From a virus, in IMG/VR virus record IMGVR_UViG_3300029305_003568: a stretch of DNA of 39,268 nucleotides. One strand, 5' to 3'. Of this stretch, positions 1 to 8,762 are shown in pieces. The translations under genes and the position numbers were made by a program. The notes beneath the pieces were generated by a model, which did not search any database, was not told where the DNA came from, and saw only the letters and a program-made list of their open reading frames with translations. The number at the start of each line of letters is the position of its first letter. The first letter of the stretch is position 1.

Positions 1-127
1 TCTTGATATTTCTAATATATTTGACAGAAAAGTAATAGAGAAAAATACTAATACAATGAGAGATAAATCAATAGAAGAATTTATTGCAAAAACAATATCT
101 GAAAATTTTGTTAATTCGGACGATACC
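1..127. repeat. Terminal direct repeat copy 1, identical to 39142..39268. This is the end overlap of a circularly closed contig (unit length 39141 bp).
   Basis: The first 127 nt (tcttgatatttctaat...ttaattcggacgatacc) match the last 127 nt base for base. Confidence 0.95.
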
Positions 128-3100
128 ATATTAAATAATGATCATATAGAAGTAAATTGGCATACAGACACACAAGGGATGGTAGATACAAATACAGAAA
201 ACGGTATATATAATTTTCACACATTTCTAATTAATTGTAGGCAGTATAAAAATATATATACAAATTTTAATGTTGAAAATATAGGAAAGCTACAAGAAAT
301 AGAAGGAAAACATATAAAAGTAAATGCTAAAAAAAGAAAAGGAACGATAAGTTTACACGGAGAAACAAACCAAGCTACAAGAAGCGGGAAGAATTTATTA
401 AATGTCACAGCAACATCAAAAACACAAAATGGAATAACTTTTACAATAAATGCAGACAAGTCAATTACTATAAATGGAACTAATACTGGTACTGGAACAC
501 TTTTTTTTAGAATAGGTGCTGATTTTACTGTACCAGCTGGTAATTATACTTTATGTAATAAAAATGCTACTGTAACTGATAATATGTTTATATTTTATGA
601 TGATGGTAATAGTTTTACAAGGAAAAATATAAGTAATGCGACATTAGAAACAGAAACTATAATAAAACCATATATTAAAGTGGTTAGTGGTGCAACGATA
701 AATAATCAAACTGTATACCCAATGATAGTACAAGGAACATATACAGAAGATACAATAGGAGATTACGAACCCTACGGAGCAAGTCCTTCTCCAGGATTTC
801 CAAGTGAGATAGAGAATGTAGAAGGAAAGAATTTATATGAAATAAAAGGCACAACAAATAGAGGTGTTGAAGGCTCTTTATTATCTAGTGGATATTTAAA
901 AGTTAATGGAACACCAACAGGCTCTTATTCAGATTGTACTCTAGCAAATACTAGAAATTTATTAGCAGGGAATTATTCAATTAGTATAACTTCTCCGCAG
1001 ACTTTTAATGTTGCTTTAAGAGTTACATACGAAGATAATACAAATGATACTTTTACTGTAAATATTGGTCAAACAAGTAAAACTATTACAACTACTAAAA
1101 ACATAGTTTCATATAGAGTTCTAATAAGTGGTTTAACAACTGGAACAGCTATAAATAGTTCTTTTGGATTTATGTTAGAAAAAAACACAGTAGCAACAGA
1201 ATATGTTCCATATAATTCATTAGCAGTAAAAGTAACAGGGAAAAATATTTTACCAATAAGGTGGGGAAAAGGATATACTACTACAACTAATGGAATAACC
1301 TACAAAGTAAATGACGACTATTCAATAACAATAAACGGAACAGCTACAGCCAATGCATTCTTTAATTTAAATAATATAGATGGTTACTATTTAAATGTGG
1401 TTGAAAATAAAGCATATACATTAAGTTTAGGAGCTTCTGATAGTAAATTAAGTTTTAATTTAAGAAAAGCATCTGTAAGTGAGTCAATAATAGTTATGAC
1501 TGGAGCTAAAACAAAAAAAGGAATTTCAAATTATACAGGGAAAGCATTTGGTTTTTTGAGAGTATCATCAGGAGCTACAATAAACAATTTAACAGTATAT
1601 CCTATGATAGTAGAAGGGGAATATACTTCTGAAACAATAGGAGAATACGAACAATGCAAAGAACAAACAGTCTACTTCCCACTAGCAGAAGGACAAAAGC
1701 TAATGGAAGGAAGCTATTTAGCAGATAATGGAGTGCATAATGTCAGAAGGCAAGTTGTGTTAGATGGAAGTGATGATGAAAATTGGAATATCCAGTATAG
1801 TGGTACTGAAAATTTTATTTATAGATATAGATATTTAGATGATTATAAATATGCTCAAAAACAAAATAATTTTATTAGTAACCTTTTTAGTTCTGGAGCT
1901 GTTGGTTCTACAAATACAGTTGAGGGAATTTATATTACTAATGCTAACGAATTAAGAATTAGGTTTGGGGAAGAAATGACTTTGGATAATTGGAGAGCAT
2001 GGTTACAAGTAAATCCAATAACAGTAGAATACGAACTAGCAGAAGAAGAAACAGTTCCATATACAGTAGAGCAGAAAGAGGCTTGGGAGAAACTGAATAA
2101 TCTAATACTATTTGACGGAATAAATAATATTAATTCAACAGCTAATATTAGTTTAAATTATTATCCTCAAAATCCAACAGGTGTTAAATTAATATTGAAC
2201 ATTGATATACAAAAAAAAGAAGAACCAGAAGTATTAATAGATACCATGCTTCCAGAAATAACAGATTATAACAAAATATATGAAGAAGATGTAACAGCAA
2301 AAGTTACAGTTCTTATAAGAGAGAGTGGAGAAGAATATAATTTATATTTAAAGACAGATAGAACAACAACAACTGATAAGAATGAGGCTAATAGAGCAAA
2401 AGGGAAAATAGAAGTAATTAGCGTTGAAACAGCTGATTTAGCAGCAGAGGAAGCCTTAAATGTAATGAAGGGCAATAATTATAAGCATTTAGTAGAGTTT
2501 AAAATAGCAAAAACAAGTAAGCTAATGGATATTACTAAATTACATATAGGAAGACCAATAAGGATAAGAACAGAAGATGATATATATGATAGTTATATTT
2601 CAGCAATAACTTTATCTGATGAAAACTTTGTTTATTTTAAAAGTGGAAGTCTTAGAACAACATTGTTGGATAAATTAAAAAAGAATAAAGACAATGTAGG
2701 AAATAAACTTGATGTGAGTGGTGGAAATATAAAAGGAAATCTAAATATAGAAGGGAATTATCAAATCGTTGGTAATTCTGTATTCAACGGAAAAATAAAT
2801 AATAATAATATAAAATCTGTAGATATTGATGCTAATTTTAAAACTGCATTTAAGACACAAACAAAAGGTGACACCAATGCTTTGGGAGGATACATTTCAA
2901 CAATAAGAAATAATACTGCAAATGTTGAAGGTGCTCCACAGCATGGCTCAGGACTTGCTTGGGGTAGAGCTGATACTCATGGTTATTTGTATGTTGGTTA
3001 TAGTAAATATAGTGATGCTTTTATAGGTGGTGGAAATGAAAATGAATTAGAATGGATTCGTGAAATTTCTACTTCTACAGTACTTTATGATAATACAACA

Positions 3101-3403
3101 GGAAGTTCAGGAACAATAACTTTAAACGATACTGCTGATAGTTATAAATATATAGAGATATACGCACAAGGATTTAATAGTCCAGTATATACAAAGGTAC
3201 GTGCTGCTGGTATGGCTAAACTTAGTGAAATTAATTTTAGTGCTGATTATACAGCATTTCAATGGTTTTTCTGTCAATATTATATATCAGGTACAACTTT
3301 AGCTCCACAGAGATATTATTATATGAGTCATTATACTAATGGAAATGTTTATTCAGAAAACTATAATTATTTCCAAATAACAAAAGTTGTCGGGTATAGA
3401 TAG
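1..3403 (+). CDS. Tail-associated host-recognition / minor structural protein, continuation of 38906..39268 (codon phase starts at nt 2)
   Basis: Largest ORF, last gene of the tail module. It contains three tandem ~130-aa modules, each starting GKN(L/I)(L/Y) and ending (E/V)PY(G/N). The C-terminal region is fiber-like (GNKLDVSGGNIKGNLNIEGNYQIVGNSVFNGKI). The Met at 56 listed in the track is internal. Confidence 0.85.
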   Translation, partial: LDISNIFDRKVIEKNTNTMRDKSIEEFIAKTISENFVNSDDTILNNDHIEVNWHTDTQGMVDTNTENGIYNFHTFLINCRQYKNIYTNFNVENIGKLQEIEGKHIKVNAKKRKGTISLHGETNQATRSGKNLLNVTATSKTQNGITFTINADKSITINGTNTGTGTLFFRIGADFTVPAGNYTLCNKNATVTDNMFIFYDDGNSFTRKNISNATLETETIIKPYIKVVSGATINNQTVYPMIVQGTYTEDTIGDYEPYGASPSPGFPSEIENVEGKNLYEIKGTTNRGVEGSLLSSGYLKVNGTPTGSYSDCTLANTRNLLAGNYSISITSPQTFNVALRVTYEDNTNDTFTVNIGQTSKTITTTKNIVSYRVLISGLTTGTAINSSFGFMLEKNTVATEYVPYNSLAVKVTGKNILPIRWGKGYTTTTNGITYKVNDDYSITINGTATANAFFNLNNIDGYYLNVVENKAYTLSLGASDSKLSFNLRKASVSESIIVMTGAKTKKGISNYTGKAFGFLRVSSGATINNLTVYPMIVEGEYTSETIGEYEQCKEQTVYFPLAEGQKLMEGSYLADNGVHNVRRQVVLDGSDDENWNIQYSGTENFIYRYRYLDDYKYAQKQNNFISNLFSSGAVGSTNTVEGIYITNANELRIRFGEEMTLDNWRAWLQVNPITVEYELAEEETVPYTVEQKEAWEKLNNLILFDGINNINSTANISLNYYPQNPTGVKLILNIDIQKKEEPEVLIDTMLPEITDYNKIYEEDVTAKVTVLIRESGEEYNLYLKTDRTTTTDKNEANRAKGKIEVISVETADLAAEEALNVMKGNNYKHLVEFKIAKTSKLMDITKLHIGRPIRIRTEDDIYDSYISAITLSDENFVYFKSGSLRTTLLDKLKKNKDNVGNKLDVSGGNIKGNLNIEGNYQIVGNSVFNGKINNNNIKSVDIDANFKTAFKTQTKGDTNALGGYISTIRNNTANVEGAPQHGSGLAWGRADTHGYLYVGYSKYSDAFIGGGNENELEWIREISTSTVLYDNTTGSSGTITLNDTADSYKYIEIYAQGFNSPVYTKVRAAGMAKLSEINFSADYTAFQWFFCQYYISGTTLAPQRYYYMSHYTNGNVYSENYNYFQITKVVGYR

Positions 3404-3414
3404 GAGGTTAACAT

Positions 3415-3711
3415 ATGGCATTAAAAAAAGAATTAGTCTTAGATAATGGTATAACATTAAATTATCATAGAGTAGTTAGCGTAAACAATATTACAAATCA
3501 AACATCAATCATAGAAGTTGGTTCATATATAAATGAAGAACAAAGAGAAAAAGAAAAACAATGGTATGAAACTAATTCACAAGGTAATATGAATGTTTTT
3601 ATCTTAACTAATTTTTATCATAAAGAATATGATGAAAATTTAAATGTTGTTACTGCATATGATTATTTAAAGACTCTTGATGAATTTAAAGATGCAGAAG
3701 ATGTTATATAG
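3415..3711 (+). CDS. Hypothetical protein downstream of the tail fiber gene
   Basis: ATG 7 nt after an AGGAGG-like site (ataggaggttaacatATG), tightly packed after the tail gene. No recognisable motif. Confidence 0.6.
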   Translation: MALKKELVLDNGITLNYHRVVSVNNITNQTSIIEVGSYINEEQREKEKQWYETNSQGNMNVFILTNFYHKEYDENLNVVTAYDYLKTLDEFKDAEDVI

Positions 3712-3730
3712 AATAGAAAGGGGTTTGTAT

Positions 3731-3946
3731 ATGGATAACACAATAATGACCATATTAGGTTTTGTAGGAGCTTTGATACCCATATTTACAGTTACAATTA
3801 AGCTAAACAGTACAATAACAAAGCTAAATACAACAATAGGAATTTTAACAAAACAAATGGAAACAAGTCAAAGAGATAGAAGTAAGATACATGATCAATT
3901 AAATGACCACGAAACAAGAATAGCGATTTTGGAAAATAAGGAGTGA
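3731..3946 (+). CDS. Small membrane protein with one N-terminal transmembrane (TM) helix plus a coiled coil; possible lysis-cassette accessory protein
   Basis: The internal ATG at 3731 has an AAAGGGG ribosome-binding site (RBS). Sequence MDNTIMTILGFVGALIPIFTVTIKL is followed by a heptad-like polar tail. The track start at 3677 overlaps the previous gene and lacks an RBS. Confidence 0.55.
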   Translation: MDNTIMTILGFVGALIPIFTVTIKLNSTITKLNTTIGILTKQMETSQRDRSKIHDQLNDHETRIAILENKE

Positions 3947-3950
3947 TTCT

Positions 3951-4124
3951 ATGAAAGAGAAATTTGCAAAGTTAATTAATGTAAAAAGTATAATAACAAT
4001 ACTATTAACAATAGTTGTTTGTTATTTAGCAATATGGAAAAATTTTGACATTAAAGATTTATACTTAATGATAATTTCATTTTATTTTGGAACACAAGTA
4101 GAAAAGAAAAATAAGGAGGAATAA
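3951..4124 (+). CDS. Holin candidate (57 aa, two hydrophobic segments, charged C-terminus)
   Basis: Not in the ORF track (under 60 aa). MKEKFAKLINVKSIITILLTIVVCYLAIWKNFDIKDLYLMIISFYFGTQVEKKNKEE. Lies immediately upstream of the endolysin. Confidence 0.6.
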   Translation: MKEKFAKLINVKSIITILLTIVVCYLAIWKNFDIKDLYLMIISFYFGTQVEKKNKEE

Positions 4125-4198
4125 GTAATGGAAAACGAAGAAGTAATGAAAGAAGTTAATGAAGAATTTGAAGAAATATTTGAGGAGGAGGTATAGGT

Positions 4199-4903
4199 AT
4201 GGCAATATTGGATTGTAGAGTATTAGAAAAAGGTAAATGTGAGGTATCTCAACAATACAAAGGGTCAAGACATAATGGTATAGATTTAGTCGGTGGAGGC
4301 TATACACTAGATAATGTTGTAGCACACTCAGATGGCGTAGTTGTAGGTGTAGTAAATAATTGTAATAGAAATACAAGTAAAACGGGAGAAAAAATATATG
4401 GAAACTATGTAAAAATAAAACACGATAATGGAATGTATACATTTTATTCACATTTAAAATATGGAACAGTAGCAGTTAAATTAAACCAAAGAGTAACAAA
4501 AGGAACAGTTCTAGGATATATGGGAAACACAGGCTATTCTTTTGGAGCACATTTACATTTTGAAGTAAGAAATGAAAATAATGTGCAAATAGACCCAACA
4601 CCATACATAATGTCAGATTTACCAACAAAAGAAGTAGACAATACATATAAGGTAGGAACAACATACACAACACAAGTAAATCTAAAAGTAAGAGAAGGAG
4701 CAGGAATTGATAAAGCTTGGAAGAAAACCAATCAATTAACAAAAGATGGACAAGCACATGCATTAAATCAAGAATATGCAACTTTAAAAGCAGGAACAAG
4801 AGTAACAGTTCAAGAAACACAGAAAATAGAAGAAGATATTTGGTTAAGAATACCTAGTGGATGGATAGCAGGGTATTATGATAAAAAAGAATATGTTAAA
4901 TAG
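4199..4903 (+). CDS. Endolysin: M23 (LytM-type) metallopeptidase domain plus a C-terminal SH3-like cell-wall-binding domain
   Basis: Motifs HNGIDL, GNYVKIKHDNGMYTFYSHL and GNTGYSFGAHLHFEV. The C-terminal YKVGTTYTTQVNLKVREGAG...IWLRIPSGWIAGYY resembles bacterial SH3. RBS GAGGAGG upstream. Confidence 0.85.
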   Translation: MAILDCRVLEKGKCEVSQQYKGSRHNGIDLVGGGYTLDNVVAHSDGVVVGVVNNCNRNTSKTGEKIYGNYVKIKHDNGMYTFYSHLKYGTVAVKLNQRVTKGTVLGYMGNTGYSFGAHLHFEVRNENNVQIDPTPYIMSDLPTKEVDNTYKVGTTYTTQVNLKVREGAGIDKAWKKTNQLTKDGQAHALNQEYATLKAGTRVTVQETQKIEEDIWLRIPSGWIAGYYDKKEYVK

Positions 4904-4912
4904 CTTAAAAAT

Positions 4913-4945
4913 GAGCCGTAATTTTTTACGGCTCGTATTTTTTTA
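4913..4945 (+). terminator. Rho-independent terminator after the endolysin
   Basis: GAGCCGTA-attttt-TACGGCTC stem followed by gtaTTTTTTT. Confidence 0.8.
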
Positions 4946-4960
4946 TAAAGGAGGACAGAT

Positions 4961-5317
4961 ATGGAAGAAAACGAAAACCTAATAAGAGGCGATAGTCTAA
5001 CAATAGAGTTTCCAATAACAGATGAAGAAGGCACAATAATTCCAATAGAAGAATTAGACACATTGTTTTTAACAGCAAGACAAAAACCAAGTAAATCTTA
5101 TCCAGTTTTATTCGAGAAAGAAAAAGAAGATTTTACATATGAAAATGAAATTTATTCTATAGAAATACTTCCAACTGATACAGAACAATTAAATCTAAAA
5201 GTTTTCTATTATGATATTGAAGCAACATTAAAAGACGGAACAAGACAAACTATAATTGGCGGAATTGATTTAGAACATGATTGTACGATACATGGTGGTG
5301 ATGAAGATGAGAATTAA
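4961..5317 (+). CDS. Hypothetical protein, probably an Ig-like/BppU-N-like structural adaptor
   Basis: RBS AAAGGAGG. RGDSLTIEFPITDEEG...YSIEILPTDTEQL...YYDIEATLKDGTRQTI resembles beta-sandwich domains of phage baseplate and fiber accessory proteins (recollection only, no search run). Confidence 0.5.
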   Translation: MEENENLIRGDSLTIEFPITDEEGTIIPIEELDTLFLTARQKPSKSYPVLFEKEKEDFTYENEIYSIEILPTDTEQLNLKVFYYDIEATLKDGTRQTIIGGIDLEHDCTIHGGDEDEN

Positions 5318-6482
5318 TATCGGACCAATAAAAATGCAAAGAAGAGTTAAAATAGGACCTTTAAAAATTGGCGTAAAAAAAATATATCCAGAACTAGAAG
5401 ATTTAGAAGTAACACCAACTACAGAAGAACAAATATTTAAGTCTGAAAAATACGGATACAACGAGGTACATATTAACAAAGTAACATCTGATATAGATAA
5501 AAATATTAAACCAGAGAATATAAAAGAAGGAACAAATATTTTAGGAGTTGACGGTGGATATAAAGGTATAGATACATCAGATGCCACAGCAACAGGAGCA
5601 GACATATTAAAAGACAAAACAGCCTATGCAAATGGAAAACAGATAACAGGAACGATAGAAGAATATGACGGTTCTTTAAGCGGAAATGTAGAAATAGGCG
5701 ACGAAGATTTAATTCCTGAAAACATAAGAGAAGGAGTAGAAATTCTAGGTGTCGTTGGAACAGCTAAAATTAGTAATATTAAGATAACAGATGCTAATTA
5801 TTTGTTTAATAACGGTGCAAGAATTAACCACATAAATGAAATGTTAAGTTTGTGTGAAGCTGTTACAGATACAAATCATATGTTTAATGAATGTTATGAT
5901 TTAAAGGATTTAACAATTTTAAGTAATTTAGATATGAGCAATGTTAAAAATAGTTCATATATGTTTCGTAAATGTATAAGTTTAACAACAATACCATCAT
6001 TAGACATAAGTAATGTTAAAGATGGTTCATATATGTTTTATGATTGTCCAGTTTTAAATGTGCCATATTTAGATACAAGTAATATAACAAATATGAATGG
6101 TATGTTTGGTTTCAGTACGGTTTACAACTCTGAAATGTCTGTTCCTTTAGTTGATGCGAGTAAAGTTGAATATATTAATGGCGTTTTAGCTTATAGATAT
6201 ACATTGACAACATTAGGAGGATTTAAAAATTTAGGCAAAGGATACACGTGGAAGCGAAATAATTACACAAACTACAAATTAGATTTATCATATTGTGAAA
6301 ACCTAACTCACGAAAGTTTAATGAACGTAATAAACAACTTATATGATTTAAACCTAACATATGATGTAGCAAATGGTGGAACTTTATACACTCAACAATT
6401 AGTGTTGGGAAACGAAAATTTAGCAAAACTAACACCTGAAGAAATTGCAATTGCAACTTCTAAGGGTTGGACAGTTTCATAG
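5307..6482 (+). CDS. BspA/DUF285-type leucine-rich-repeat protein, paralog 1
   Basis: Repeats of the type (S/T)xMFxxCxxLxx(L/I)xxLDxSNV, e.g. NHMFNECYDLKDL, SSYMFRKCISLTTIPSLDISNVKDGSYMFYDC. N-terminal VTPTTEEQ and PENI(K/R)EGxxILGV motifs. The C-terminal module is shared with 6498..7838. Start chosen at the ATG 6 nt after GGTGGTG. Confidence 0.8.
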   Translation: MRINIGPIKMQRRVKIGPLKIGVKKIYPELEDLEVTPTTEEQIFKSEKYGYNEVHINKVTSDIDKNIKPENIKEGTNILGVDGGYKGIDTSDATATGADILKDKTAYANGKQITGTIEEYDGSLSGNVEIGDEDLIPENIREGVEILGVVGTAKISNIKITDANYLFNNGARINHINEMLSLCEAVTDTNHMFNECYDLKDLTILSNLDMSNVKNSSYMFRKCISLTTIPSLDISNVKDGSYMFYDCPVLNVPYLDTSNITNMNGMFGFSTVYNSEMSVPLVDASKVEYINGVLAYRYTLTTLGGFKNLGKGYTWKRNNYTNYKLDLSYCENLTHESLMNVINNLYDLNLTYDVANGGTLYTQQLVLGNENLAKLTPEEIAIATSKGWTVS

Positions 6483-6497
6483 GAAGGAGGGTTTGAT

Positions 6498-7838
6498 ATG
6501 CAAATAACAATAACTGATAAAAAAGGAGCAACCCTTCATACTGCTAATAAATATTGTAAAGAAGATATAAGCGTAATGGTAAAGGGTGAAGAAATAAATG
6601 TAGAACCTAGCACAGAAGAACAGATAATAGAGGGATTGTTTGATAAGGTAACTGTAAGCCCAATAGAAAGCGAAGAATTGAATATAGTACCTAGTGCAGA
6701 AGAACAAATAAAGGAAGGTTTATTTAAGAAAGTAACAGTAGCAGGAGATGAAGATTTAGTTTCTTCTAATATTGTACAAGGTGCTAACATATTTGGAATA
6801 GAAGGTGAGGCTAAAGCATCAAACGCAAAAATAACAAATGGAAGTTACTTATTTTATAATAATGCAAGGCTTGATAGTGTAAATGAATTAATTGCTCTTT
6901 GTGATAATGTAACAAATACATCTAATATGTTTAATGGTTGTACAAATTTAACCGAATTAGATTTAAGTATGCTAGATACCTCATTTGTTGAGACTATGAA
7001 CCATATGTTTACCAGTTGTTCTAAACTTAATTCACTAAATTTAAGTTCTTTTGATACTTCAAGAGTTACACAATTTTATAATATGTTTCAAAATTGTAGT
7101 GGTCTAACGGAACTAAATTTAAGTGGTTTTAACACATCAAAAGTAACAACTATGTATGGTATGTTTAACGAATGTCAAGGACTTGAAAGAATATTGGGTT
7201 TAAGTTCTTTCGATACATCAAGTTTAGTAGAAACAATTAGAATGTTTAGAACTTGTAGAAAGTTAACTGAACTAGATTTAAGTTCTTTTGATTTTTCAAA
7301 TGTAAATAACACATCATATATGTTTAACAATTGTTCTAAACTACAAACTATAACAGCAAATTTTAATACTTCAAAAGTAACAGATATGAGTTATATGTTT
7401 AGTGGTTGTTCTGCCTTAACAGAAATATCACAATTAGATACAAGTAGCGTTACTACAATGTATTTTATGTTTCAATCTTGTGGCAAGTTAACAACTTTAC
7501 CTGCATTAAATGCCGATAAGGTTACAAATGTATGGGGAGTATTAGTATACACTACCGAATTAACTAACTTTGGAGGATTAATAAATTTAGGCAAAGGATA
7601 TACACAAAAATCTTCGAATTATGGCAATTATTCTTTAAATTTACCAAGTTCTAGCAAACTAACTCACGAAAGTTTAATGAATATAATAAACGGATTATAC
7701 GATTTAAATTTAACTTATGATGTAGCAAACGGTGGAACACTTTATACACAAAAAGTAACACTTCATCCAGACGCTTTAGCAAGGCTAAGCCCAGAAGAAA
7801 TCGCGATAGCAACCAATAAAGGTTGGACAGTTTCATAA
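6498..7838 (+). CDS. BspA/DUF285-type leucine-rich-repeat protein, paralog 2 (more repeats)
   Basis: About 9 consecutive units (TSNMFNGCTNLTELDLSMLDTSFVETMNHMFTSCSKLNSLNLSSFDTSRVT...). N-terminal VEPSTEEQ / VPSAEEQ motifs. The C-terminal LGKGYT...LTHESLMNIINGLYDLNLTYDVANGGTLYTQ...EEIAIATNKGWTVS is about 75-80% identical to paralog 1. Confidence 0.85.
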   Translation: MQITITDKKGATLHTANKYCKEDISVMVKGEEINVEPSTEEQIIEGLFDKVTVSPIESEELNIVPSAEEQIKEGLFKKVTVAGDEDLVSSNIVQGANIFGIEGEAKASNAKITNGSYLFYNNARLDSVNELIALCDNVTNTSNMFNGCTNLTELDLSMLDTSFVETMNHMFTSCSKLNSLNLSSFDTSRVTQFYNMFQNCSGLTELNLSGFNTSKVTTMYGMFNECQGLERILGLSSFDTSSLVETIRMFRTCRKLTELDLSSFDFSNVNNTSYMFNNCSKLQTITANFNTSKVTDMSYMFSGCSALTEISQLDTSSVTTMYFMFQSCGKLTTLPALNADKVTNVWGVLVYTTELTNFGGLINLGKGYTQKSSNYGNYSLNLPSSSKLTHESLMNIINGLYDLNLTYDVANGGTLYTQKVTLHPDALARLSPEEIAIATNKGWTVS

Positions 7839-7855
7839 AAAAGGGAGGTAAAAAT

Positions 7856-8155
7856 ATGAAATTAGATACAAATATAGAACCACATAAGATAGTAGCAGAT
7901 GAAGGGAAACATATAAGGGGGAAAGATGATGTATATGTAGCAGAGTATACAGATGAAGAAGGAAACTTAGTTCCTGAACATATACCTCATTATTCACCTA
8001 CTATATATGTACCTAATAATTTTACAGAAAAACAAATGTATGAATTATATTTTGAAAAATTTATAGATGAACCAGAGCCAGCTCCAGAAGAACCTAAAGA
8101 TTCAACAGAATTAAAGGCTCAAGCATACGATATTTTAATAGGCGAGGTGGAATAA
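7856..8155 (+). CDS. Hypothetical protein (99 aa)
   Basis: ATG at 7856 follows AGGGAGG. Coding-like composition; acidic, Pro-rich C-terminal half. Confidence 0.55.
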   Translation: MKLDTNIEPHKIVADEGKHIRGKDDVYVAEYTDEEGNLVPEHIPHYSPTIYVPNNFTEKQMYELYFEKFIDEPEPAPEEPKDSTELKAQAYDILIGEVE

Positions 8156-8563
8156 TGGATATATTAGAAAGAGCAAGATTATTAAGAAAAAATATTATAG
8201 TTAGTTCTACAATCCTTGAAGATGATAAAGCAAGCTTAACACCTGAATTATTTGCAAGGCTTAATGAAAATGGAGAACTAATAAAAGCAGGAACAAGGAT
8301 TAATTGGAATCGGAACTATTAAAAGAGCAAGTGTTGATTTATGGGATACTAAAGAAAACAATCCGAACAACGCACCTACATTATGGGAAGATATTAACTA
8401 TAAAGAAGGTTATAGAATTATACCTGAAATAATAACAGTAGGAACTGCTTTTAGTAAAGATGAATGCGGTTGGTGGAAAGATGAATTATACAAATCATTG
8501 ATTGATAATAATGTATGGACACCCGAACAATATCCAGCTGGTTGGGAAACACAAAAAAATTAA
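8155..8563 (+). CDS. Hypothetical Trp-rich protein, about 135 aa if C8311 of an in-frame CGG is skipped (8155..8310 + 8312..8563)
   Basis: The zero frame reads ...AGTRINWN-CGG-AAC-TAT-TAA. The +1 frame continues GTIKRASVDLWDTKENNPNNAPTLWEDINY...WTPEQYPAGWETQKN to the TAA at 8561. The second frame has no start codon or RBS. Confidence 0.55.
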
Positions 8564-8624
8564 GGTAATAGTGTGAAAATAGTACAAAATCAAGACAACA
8601 AAGTATATTAGTTAAAAATATAAA

Positions 8625-8661
8625 CGCCTTAAAATCGATTCTCGTGCGTCGATTTTTGGCG
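8625..8661 (-). terminator. GC-rich hairpin, probable minus-strand terminator
   Basis: CGCCttAAAATCGA-ttctcgtgcg-TCGATTTTtGGCG. On the minus strand it is followed by TTTATATTTTT. Confidence 0.45.
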
Positions 8662-8683
8662 AAAAATCAAGGGAATTTCAGTA

Positions 8684-8712
8684 TTGACAAAATCTGGAAT
8701 TCAGTATATAAA
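8684..8712 (+). promoter_or_regulatory. Sigma-70-like promoter with no downstream ORF
   Basis: TTGACA (8684-8689), 17-nt spacer, TATAAA (8707-8712). Confidence 0.45.
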
Positions 8713-8762
8713 TAATATAATTCTTATAAAAAATTATTTTTGGGAAAAAGAATTTATAGGGG

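Noticed and set aside
4128-4196. 22-aa highly acidic mini-ORF (MENEEVMKEVNEEFEEIFEEEV) between the holin candidate and the endolysin.
   Set aside because: It is too short and compositionally simple to call a gene from sequence alone. It may merely provide the GAGGAGG RBS for the endolysin. It is mentioned in the lysis-cassette finding only.
217-7836. Minus-strand track ORFs inside plus-strand structural, lysis and LRR genes: 217..459, 2266..2475, 4077..4451, 4476..4820, 4534..4731, 4876..5061, 5270..5617, 6223..6456, 6477..6707, 6536..6790 and 7651..7836.
   Set aside because: All lie antisense to long, well-supported genes. They have Leu/Phe/Ile/Ser-rich low-complexity translations typical of the reverse complement of AT-rich coding DNA, and they lack RBSs.
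5307-7838. A diversity-generating retroelement (template/variable repeat pair) as the explanation for similarity between the two LRR genes.
   Set aside because: No reverse transcriptase gene exists in the genome. The similarity is ordinary paralogy concentrated in the N- and C-terminal modules, not an adenine-specific mismatch pattern in a short variable region.
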